Below, in pieces: positions 1 to 6,599 of a DNA stretch of 47,001 bases. Origin of the DNA: Promethearchaeota archaeon (lineage in GTDB: Archaea > Asgardarchaeota > Hermodarchaeia > Hermodarchaeales > Hermodarchaeaceae); assembly GCA_048939625.1 (NCBI GenBank), contig JBHLPH010000016.1:1-47001 (forward strand), given 5' to 3'. The translations under genes were made by a program, and so were the position numbers. Below the pieces are notes generated by a model, which was given only the letters and a program-made list of their open reading frames with translations, was not told the DNA's origin and did no database searches. Each line of letters opens with the position of its first letter. Positions within the stretch are counted from its first letter, which is position 1.

Positions 1-66
1 CTCGTGGAACGGAACCAGGCAAAATGGCTTGACCGACAACAAGAAGTGGTCGAAGTTTTAGTCTAA
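1..66 (+). CDS. 3' end of a gene entering the window; probable Vps25-like (ESCRT-II) winged-helix protein
   Basis: Frame 1 reads LVERNQAKWLDRQQEVVEVLV-stop(64-66), resembling the L..G.AEW.D....(hydrophobic) motif of Vps25 winged helices. It converges on the EAP30 gene. Only 21 codons are visible. Confidence 0.45.
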   Translation, partial: LVERNQAKWLDRQQEVVEVLV

Positions 67-82
67 GCTAGACCGGGATTGC

Positions 83-817
83 TTATTCGCCTGGGTTGAG
101 CCCGGGGAAGAAGTATCGTTTACCATGAACATAGGATTCATCCACTTTCGCTGCCCCAACGGATTCTAGGCTTTTAAGAGCAGCATCCGCACGTTCTTGG
201 GCCCATCTAGTTTCTTTTATGACTTCTTCCAGTGTCGTGTACCCGGATCGGCTAGCCAATGAGAGAACTGCTACCTGGTCATTGGTTAATTCCCGTGGAA
301 TTAGTTCGACGATGCGAATACCGGAGGGAAGCTTTCGAATGCCGGGAATGAGTTTGGCGGCTGCTAGGTTTTGTATTGCTTTCGCGACGTCAACTTGGGA
401 CACACTAGCCTTCCGCTGTTTATTGACGATTAGCACAATCTCTGCTAAGGTCATAATGCCACCCGTAGCATCTCGACGTCGTTTGGCAATGTCTAGGATT
501 TGAAGACCTAATTCGTCATAGAAGCGTCCTCGGCCGGTAAGTCGCTCCATGAGTCCGGGCTTCTCTTTCATATCCTCGGCAAAGGGGATACCCGGCATGG
601 TGATACCAAGTTCATGGGCGATTGTGGCCGCCTTCTCACTATATTCGGGTGAGACTGTGATGACTTCTCCGTAGGTTTGTTCAAAGGCATCGGCTTTGTC
701 TCGTAATTCGGAGATGGTTTGGAGCATGTGCTCAAGTTCTTTGAGCATGAGTTCAACGCGTTTTTTCTTATAGGCCGCATCCATTTCCATTTGTTTTTCT
801 ATTTCCCAGAGTCCCAT
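83..817 (-). CDS. ESCRT-II EAP30-domain protein (Vps22/Vps36-like)
   Basis: FYDELGLQILDIA...TGGIMTLAEI...VSQVDVAKAIQNL and PRELTNDQVAVLSLA...GYTT....ETRWAQERA match the SNF8/Vps22 tandem winged-helix motifs; N-terminal helical region. Confidence 0.92.
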   Translation of the reverse strand: MGLWEIEKQMEMDAAYKKKRVELMLKELEHMLQTISELRDKADAFEQTYGEVITVSPEYSEKAATIAHELGITMPGIPFAEDMKEKPGLMERLTGRGRFYDELGLQILDIAKRRRDATGGIMTLAEIVLIVNKQRKASVSQVDVAKAIQNLAAAKLIPGIRKLPSGIRIVELIPRELTNDQVAVLSLASRSGYTTLEEVIKETRWAQERADAALKSLESVGAAKVDESYVHGKRYFFPGLNPGE

Positions 818-830
818 GAGCTGTTCCTCC

Positions 831-1124
831 TCATATTTGTCGAATGTAGTTAAGCCAGGTTTCGGCTCGCATTGCGAATCGTCGCGCTTCTAATTCCTCC
901 ACGTGTTGGGTTAAATTGTTTCCATATTTAGCCCAGAAGTATTCATACCATTCCTGGGCTTCCATGGTAACATGGTGATCAGGACCAAGCATGGCTTCAG
1001 CAAAGGCCACGACCACATCCAAATCTTCAAGAACATATTCGGCGTTAATGCGCAGATTAGCTTTGTTGATAGCGTTCACCAACCGTTCGCGCATTTCGGC
1101 AAAGGAACGCATTGGGTGTGCCAT
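831..1124 (-). CDS. Small helical protein; probable stand-alone Vps28 C-terminal four-helix-bundle paralog
   Basis: Operonic between vps28 and EAP30 (19 and 13 nt gaps). Aligns by eye with the C-terminal ~95 aa of the neighbouring Vps28. Confidence 0.7.
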   Translation of the reverse strand: MAHPMRSFAEMRERLVNAINKANLRINAEYVLEDLDVVVAFAEAMLGPDHHVTMEAQEWYEYFWAKYGNNLTQHVEELEARRFAMRAETWLNYIRQI

Positions 1125-1143
1125 CAGCTTTCTGCCTCAACAT

Positions 1144-1791
1144 TTATTCATCCGCCGCCATTTCTCGGAGTCGTCGCTTGAAATCGTTTAACCAGCGAAC
1201 AGCTTGGAATTCGAGCTGTTTAGCTTCTTCGGGCGAAAGGGTTTCTTGAGGGTCTCGACCTTGGAGTTGATTCCGCCAATCTTTGAGTGCTACTAGTATC
1301 CAATAATCGGGTGGGAAATTCGGATACTTAGTTAACAGGATAATGGCATCATCCAAGAGTGGGACAACAAGGCTCATTTTTGCAACGTCACCGAGTTTGG
1401 CAATATCAATAAGTGTGATTATGTCTGAGACAATATCAGCCGTTTTGGCTGCCATTCGAACCGAGGTTTGGGGAGTCAGTTCGACCGTTTCTTCACCTTC
1501 GGGTGCCCGTTCACCTATTTGCAACTTCTCAACTGCGATGGGGAAGCGTTCGGTGATTTGTTCCTCTTCTACAAACTCATCCCAGGATTCGCCTTCAGCT
1601 TCCAGTAACTGTCGAGTTTTGATAGTGTCTTTAATAAGTGATTTGAATTGTCGCTTGTAGAGAGCAGGCTGTAAATCGCCTTCATCAAATTTTTCTGCGA
1701 TACTGTCGAGGGTTGCTATCGTTCCATACAATTCTGCTTCTAGTTCGACAACCTTCCCCTTTTTTGGTCGTTTTTTCTCACGCATGGCCAT
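1144..1791 (-). CDS. vps28: ESCRT-I subunit Vps28
   Basis: AELYGTIATLDSIAEKF...Y...L N-terminal hairpin, FPIAVEKL, and C-domain ADIVSDIITLID..KL...PLLDD...W...L..EEAKQLEF. Confidence 0.88.
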   Translation of the reverse strand: MAMREKKRPKKGKVVELEAELYGTIATLDSIAEKFDEGDLQPALYKRQFKSLIKDTIKTRQLLEAEGESWDEFVEEEQITERFPIAVEKLQIGERAPEGEETVELTPQTSVRMAAKTADIVSDIITLIDIAKLGDVAKMSLVVPLLDDAIILLTKYPNFPPDYWILVALKDWRNQLQGRDPQETLSPEEAKQLEFQAVRWLNDFKRRLREMAADE

Positions 1792-1817
1792 AGCATTCGC
1801 CTCTGAAATGGAATAGT

Positions 1818-2573
1818 TTAGACGTATTTTTCGAGAGCCTTGTCAATCTGGTAAAGTCGTTTCTTGTACCGTTTGTACAGTTTGGTATATTCGGTAGAGG
1901 TAATTTCTGCTGAATCGAATTTCTGTTCAAGATTTTGTAATAAATCGGAGATTGCTAGTTTCTCACTTTCCAGTTCGAGCTTCTCGCGTTCTTTAGCGTC
2001 AGCAGGAAGGATGAGAGCATCCATGTCGTCTTCATCGGTGACTTCACCAGTGGTAATGGAGCCTGTGTCGATTTGGGCTGCCATTCGGGCAATTCGTTCG
2101 TCGCGATCTTGGACTTTCTTGGTTAGCCGTGAAACCTCACGTTCCAATTGCTGATACCGTTGTTGCAGCACTTCTTCCTCCTGAGGCATCTTCACCTTGG
2201 GGGCTTCTCGGGTTACATCAGGCACAGGAGGCTCACGGGCAAACAGGCCCTTAATACTATTAACCACCTGATAGACATGATAATGGGGTTGCCATTGGGT
2301 GACTATTCGGAGATGAATAGCTCCAGATTCAGAATCAACCCGGGGATGCTTCGTTGGAGTTAGCATTCGTGCAACTGGCGGTTGAGCTGGAAAGTTCGGA
2401 GGCACAATAATCTCAACGAGGAACTCATCCTTACTTCGGGGTCCACCTTTGATTTTTCCTCGCCAACGACGAAGATTAGACTCAACGGGAGTAAAGGTGG
2501 GTGCTCGTCGGTACATCAATTGTGCTTCACGGGCAATCGCTAATTCTTGTTGACTTCTAACAGCCTGTGCCAT
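1818..2573 (-). CDS. vps23: ESCRT-I Vps23/TSG101-like protein (UEV + coiled coil + steadiness box)
   Basis: UBC fold (P.NFP.QPP, HPRVD..G.IHL) with His replacing the catalytic Cys, a central coiled coil and a C-terminal steadiness-box hairpin. Start moved to ATG 2573, which follows a GGTG SD-like motif (ORF track start 2624). Confidence 0.88.
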   Translation of the reverse strand: MAQAVRSQQELAIAREAQLMYRRAPTFTPVESNLRRWRGKIKGGPRSKDEFLVEIIVPPNFPAQPPVARMLTPTKHPRVDSESGAIHLRIVTQWQPHYHVYQVVNSIKGLFAREPPVPDVTREAPKVKMPQEEEVLQQRYQQLEREVSRLTKKVQDRDERIARMAAQIDTGSITTGEVTDEDDMDALILPADAKEREKLELESEKLAISDLLQNLEQKFDSAEITSTEYTKLYKRYKKRLYQIDKALEKYV

Positions 2574-2620
2574 AGAATCACACCATGATATCTTTATTCG
2601 AATCCTGCTTGTGAGAGCGT

Positions 2621-2636
2621 ACATTTAATCTTTGGC
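2621..2636 (-). promoter_or_regulatory. Putative BRE/TATA promoter of the vps23-vps28-EAP30 operon
   Basis: Minus strand GCCAAAGATTAAATGT about 50 nt upstream of ATG 2573. Confidence 0.35.
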
Positions 2637-2658
2637 AACTAGAACTTGCCAAGGGCAG

Positions 2659-3201
2659 TTAGGTTGAACTACTCTTAGTTTTGTGCTTAGTTGTTGAGCT
2701 TCGTTTGGGGGGTTCGTCCTTTACTGCTTGGCGGACAGTGACTAGTATATTGCTTTGAAGTTCACGAAGAAAATTCTCAAACCGTGTTTCAAAGAGCGTA
2801 ATCATTTCTTCAAGGCGCTGAACAGCTTGAGTTAATGTTGGAACGAGTTCTCGTTGGAGCTCTTTTAGATCTGCTGATGCTGATTCAGGTTTTTTCTTCG
2901 CTACCTTGTCTATGGTTTTTTCAAAGGTCTCAAATCGATCGACGAGAACACCAAGTCGTTCAACAGAGGATTCTGAGGCTATAGTGTCATCCGCGACTAG
3001 CTTTTGCAGTGTTTTCACCTCCCGGAGGAGGGCCCGAATGTTAGCTTCCATCTTGAGATTCATCCGTCCCAGGTCTGAGTCGAGTAGGTTCAGACCTTTC
3101 ACTATCCGCTTCAGGGACTCAACGGTAGGGACTAGGCCCTTTGGCGTTTTGATGGCTTCGATTTCAATTGCATATTTTGGCGGATCAGAGGACACGGTCA
3201 C
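2659..3201 (-). CDS. Hypothetical coiled-coil protein in the ESCRT/ubiquitin cluster
   Basis: 180 aa ORF with a short N-terminal beta motif (IEIEAIKTPKGLVP), heptad-rich helices and a basic tail; GTG start. Confidence 0.75.
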   Translation of the reverse strand: MTVSSDPPKYAIEIEAIKTPKGLVPTVESLKRIVKGLNLLDSDLGRMNLKMEANIRALLREVKTLQKLVADDTIASESSVERLGVLVDRFETFEKTIDKVAKKKPESASADLKELQRELVPTLTQAVQRLEEMITLFETRFENFLRELQSNILVTVRQAVKDEPPKRSSTTKHKTKSSST

Positions 3202-3398
3202 ATTAACCCCCGAAGCTCTCGTTCAAGTTTTACTCACCGCAGACTTTTAAGCTTTAATTTAGCCAATCAAACCTTCAACATGCCAATAGTATTTGCTGAA
3301 AAAACGAGTAAAAAGTTCCATGAAGGATGTATTTCCATAGTTTTTTAAGAACGCATCTAGTAGAGATGCCCGAGCGGAACTGACTAAGGGGCAAGACC

Positions 3399-3650
3399 AT
3401 GACACAATCAGCAGGGCGGTTCATTATCTCATCGGTGAAAGAAATTGGCCAATGGGATTGGACCAAATCCACTGAGATGTGTTGTGTCTGCCGCCTCCCT
3501 ATCAAGACTGGTGAACAGATGGTCTACTGCCCAAATTGTGGCAATCCCGCACATTATCGCCATCTCGCTGAGTGGGTGAAAATGAAGGGAACCTGCCCTA
3601 TCTGTCGGAACCGCATAAGCCTACGAAGGTTGAAACCGGTTAGAAAATAG
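3399..3650 (+). CDS. Small RING-finger protein (E3 ligase-like)
   Basis: CVC-x12-CPNC-x4-H-x2-H-x3-W-x6-CPIC with the conserved RING Trp; directly upstream of ubiquitin. Confidence 0.9.
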   Translation: MTQSAGRFIISSVKEIGQWDWTKSTEMCCVCRLPIKTGEQMVYCPNCGNPAHYRHLAEWVKMKGTCPICRNRISLRRLKPVRK

Positions 3651-3663
3651 TCGGTGGTTAAAA

Positions 3664-3900
3664 ATGCGAATAGAAGTTGTACCAGCGATTGGTGGTAGTG
3701 ACCCCATAGCTCTTGAAGTGGAACCCAATACAACTATTGGGGAGATTCGGAACCGCGTGGCTTCGATGCGTAGGATACCGCCCAACATCGTTATCCTGGC
3801 ATATCGTGGTGCACAGCTGACCGATGAACAGACGATTAAGAGTGTCGGTATCACTCCACATGATAAATTGTACCTCATCACGAGGACCGAGGGCGGCTAA
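3664..3900 (+). CDS. Ubiquitin-like protein ending in Gly-Gly
   Basis: 78 aa beta-grasp pattern (LEVEPNTTIGEIR, IPP, L.Y.G.QL.D..TI..VGI) ending LYLITRTEGG-stop. Confidence 0.95.
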   Translation: MRIEVVPAIGGSDPIALEVEPNTTIGEIRNRVASMRRIPPNIVILAYRGAQLTDEQTIKSVGITPHDKLYLITRTEGG

Positions 3901-4099
3901 GACAAATTAAACCAAACGGTTTCGATCTCAGTCGTCCCTCAGTTTTTTCTCTTCCCTACGTGACAATAAAGACTAGCACCTTCTGCGTTTGCCACAAATG
4001 AATCTATTTTTTATTGCTACCAACCGAAAAGGTATTTACGGGAAATGCATGTGGTAAGGGTAATGGGGACCGGCTTATCTAGGAAGAGGCGCTGTCCAC

Positions 4100-4561
4100 A
4101 TGCTGTCAGAAGAGGACTATTGGGCAAGATTAGCCCTTGAAGCGAAAAACATGGAAACTGAGGAACCGTCGTTCCAACCCGTGCAAGGGGACCTGAGACG
4201 ATGGCAGGGATTCATACTAGGTACAGGTATTTATGATGGGGGCGTTTTTGTCTTACAGATTAATGTTCCACGAGCCTTCCCCTATGAACCTCCACAAGTT
4301 CGATTTATCACCAAAATCTGGCATCCAAATATTTATCGAGGACGAGTGTGTGTCGGAATCTTAGGTAAGGATTGGCTTCCAAGCATGTCTTTAACTGGTG
4401 TAGTAGAAACGCTTCGAAACCTTCTAAATTTCCCTAACCCCGACGATCCTTTAAACCAACGGGCATCTCGTGAAGCAAAAAAAGAACCCGTAAAATTCGA
4501 ACGCACTGCACGGGATTGGGTTCAACGGTTTGCCGGATGGGACCAAATTCAACGTAGGTGA
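4100..4561 (+). CDS. Ubiquitin-conjugating enzyme E2
   Basis: YDGGVF, FPYEPPQVRFITKIWHPNI..GRVCVGIL..W with the catalytic Cys, PNPDDPLN. Confidence 0.95.
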   Translation: MLSEEDYWARLALEAKNMETEEPSFQPVQGDLRRWQGFILGTGIYDGGVFVLQINVPRAFPYEPPQVRFITKIWHPNIYRGRVCVGILGKDWLPSMSLTGVVETLRNLLNFPNPDDPLNQRASREAKKEPVKFERTARDWVQRFAGWDQIQRR

Positions 4562-4569
4562 AACCACCC

Positions 4570-5601
4570 ATGGATGACCAAGTCACTGAGGAACATAAGA
4601 AAATCCCAGTGTACCATGGGACTGAACGTTATGCTCGCCAATTGCTGCTTGAAAATTGGGACCAGGAAAAACTGTCGAAATCCACTGTAGTCGTCGCGGG
4701 GATTGGAGCCCTTGGGACGATTGTAGCTGTCGATTTGGTTCTCACAGGAATTGGAAAAGTTGTGATAATTGATTTTGACACTATCGAACTCTCTAATCTT
4801 AGTCGCCAATACCTCTATTTTGACGACGATGTGGGGAAGCCAAAAGCTGTCGTTGCCGGACAACGTCTCCGCGAAATGAATCCTGATGTGCAAGTGCTAG
4901 CTCTCAATTGTGCCATCCAAGATGTTAGGCATGCAATTTACGAAGAAGCCGATCTCATTATTGATGGTCTTGATACCTTTGAGGCTCGACGTTGGTTAAA
5001 CTCATTATGTGTCCAAAAGAACAAGGTCTTCTTAAGTGGGGGAATGTACGGTTGGTGGGGAAATGTACAACGAGTTGTGCCTTTTGAAACGGCCTGTTTG
5101 GAATGCCAGCCTTTGGTTCCCGCAGAACGCTTACAAAAAGCATGTACACCACCTGGCGAGCGTCGTAAAAAAGAAGAGCCACCTCCCAAATTCCCGTCCC
5201 TTCTAAGCGTGGCAACCATAGTTGCTGGAATCCAATTTCAAGAAGCATTAAAGCATCTGTTGAATGTAGGCACTCCGCTAGATAATTATCTGTTCTATGA
5301 TGGTCTCCATCAGCAGTTCACTATTCTCAAACTAGCACGAAATCCTAACTGCTTCCTTTGTAGTGACCGGTTCCGTCTCAAAGGAGAAATCTATGCTGTG
5401 GGGCGCAAGGAAACTGTCGCTGAATTGAAAAATCGATTGATTATGACTTTTGGTTTACAAGACCCCAAGATTATTCGTCGTGGAAAAGTCCTTGATGACA
5501 ATCAAGTCCTAGGAAAATTACGCCTAAAGGATAAAGAAACTCTTTTCATTATCGATACGGCCTTGGCGCAACCTCTGAAGTTATTGGCTGTTTTTAAATA
5601 A
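4570..5601 (+). CDS. Ubiquitin-activating enzyme E1 (ThiF adenylation domain + C-terminal ubiquitin-fold domain)
   Basis: RYARQ, GIGALG, DFDTIELSNLSRQ, GKPKA, CLEC/CFLC zinc pairs and a catalytic Cys in ACT. ATG 4570 follows AGGTGA (alternative GTG 4558). Confidence 0.93.
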   Translation: MDDQVTEEHKKIPVYHGTERYARQLLLENWDQEKLSKSTVVVAGIGALGTIVAVDLVLTGIGKVVIIDFDTIELSNLSRQYLYFDDDVGKPKAVVAGQRLREMNPDVQVLALNCAIQDVRHAIYEEADLIIDGLDTFEARRWLNSLCVQKNKVFLSGGMYGWWGNVQRVVPFETACLECQPLVPAERLQKACTPPGERRKKEEPPPKFPSLLSVATIVAGIQFQEALKHLLNVGTPLDNYLFYDGLHQQFTILKLARNPNCFLCSDRFRLKGEIYAVGRKETVAELKNRLIMTFGLQDPKIIRRGKVLDDNQVLGKLRLKDKETLFIIDTALAQPLKLLAVFK

Positions 5602-6352
5602 TTGGAATCACAGTTAACCGAACCAAGATTGCCACAATCACCACAAAAAGTGTAACACTCAATGTGATAACAAGAGCGGTTTCAGAGGACATACGGAAGC
5701 GTTCACGAACTCCCAAAGAGAGAAGAACCGCCCCCCACAGCATAGCGATACTCGCCAGAGCATAAACAGCAAGCCAGATAGGATGAATATACAAGAGTGT
5801 TAGTTCTAAAAAGGTAACTGGGGGAAGAAAAAGGAAAAGCAACCCAGCAGAAATCAGATTCGCAAACAGAAAGGGAAGTAATGCATACTGTCCCATCAAG
5901 AAGGTTTCAGAGAGTTGACCTTCGCGACCTGAATAATTGATTATCATCTGGATAATGCCAAAATAAAACAGGTTTAGTAGCATATACAGCAATAAAAGGA
6001 TTGCAAAAACCCCGAAAAACCCGATAAAAAGAAAGGCACCAGCATCTGTGATATGAGAAACCATTGCTACAAACCAAAGAGCGATAACCGCAATGTTGGC
6101 TAGAAAAAGAAGGGCCGGTCCACGATTATCAAGTTCATGAGCAATATCCCAGAACGTAACTGCCGGAAAACGAAAAACGCCCCAAAGGCGTTGACGAAGA
6201 GTCAGCCGTGATTCCCATTGTTTTTCAGGGCGTTTCATGAAAGGTAGAATTCGCTCAAATTGCTCCGTTCGAAATCGGTACCCACATTGAGGACATACAG
6301 CGTCGCCAGCTTCTACGAGAATTAGACATTCCGGGCACCGCAATTTCGACAT
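5594..6352 (-). CDS. Yip1-domain membrane protein with N-terminal zinc ribbon
   Basis: CPEC-x10-CPQC, then the W.VF..P..TF..I Yip1 entry motif and about five hydrophobic helices. Confidence 0.75.
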   Translation of the reverse strand: MSKLRCPECLILVEAGDAVCPQCGYRFRTEQFERILPFMKRPEKQWESRLTLRQRLWGVFRFPAVTFWDIAHELDNRGPALLFLANIAVIALWFVAMVSHITDAGAFLFIGFFGVFAILLLLYMLLNLFYFGIIQMIINYSGREGQLSETFLMGQYALLPFLFANLISAGLLFLFLPPVTFLELTLLYIHPIWLAVYALASIAMLWGAVLLSLGVRERFRMSSETALVITLSVTLFVVIVAILVRLTVIPII

Positions 6353-6453
6353 TTTGTTGAACCACCAGTAAGTGCAACTTGTATAGGAAGCTTATTTGCT
6401 TTCGGTTTTCAATCGCTGACGAAAGCTTTAAGTTAGAAGCTCTCAATTTTCTC

Positions 6454-6594
6454 TTCGAAGTGATCCCCGTGTGGAATGACTTTCTCCCAAACCATTGATC
6501 CTTTTCAAACAAGCAGCCACCCCAAATTTAGGAGGGGATCGCAACGAAAAATAATCCTTTTTATGATAACACCTCGTAACAGAGGAGAGGTTAC
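6454..6594 (+). promoter_or_regulatory. Putative structured leader or small RNA upstream of leuS
   Basis: TTCG-AA-GTGATCCCC (6454-6468) pairs with GGGGATCGC-AA-CGAA (6534-6548). Candidate BRE/TATA GAAAGCTTTAAG at 6421-6432. Further hairpins overlap the SD. Confidence 0.35.
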
Positions 6595-6599
6595 CTACT

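Noticed and set aside
1818-2624. Second active E2 enzyme
   Set aside because: The catalytic Cys is replaced by His and HPN by HPR; the coiled coil and steadiness box indicate UEV-Vps23.
6454-6548. SECIS element or T-box
   Set aside because: The GAA/A-like bulge is present but the enclosed region is too long, no UGA-interrupted gene is nearby, and there is no T-box consensus.
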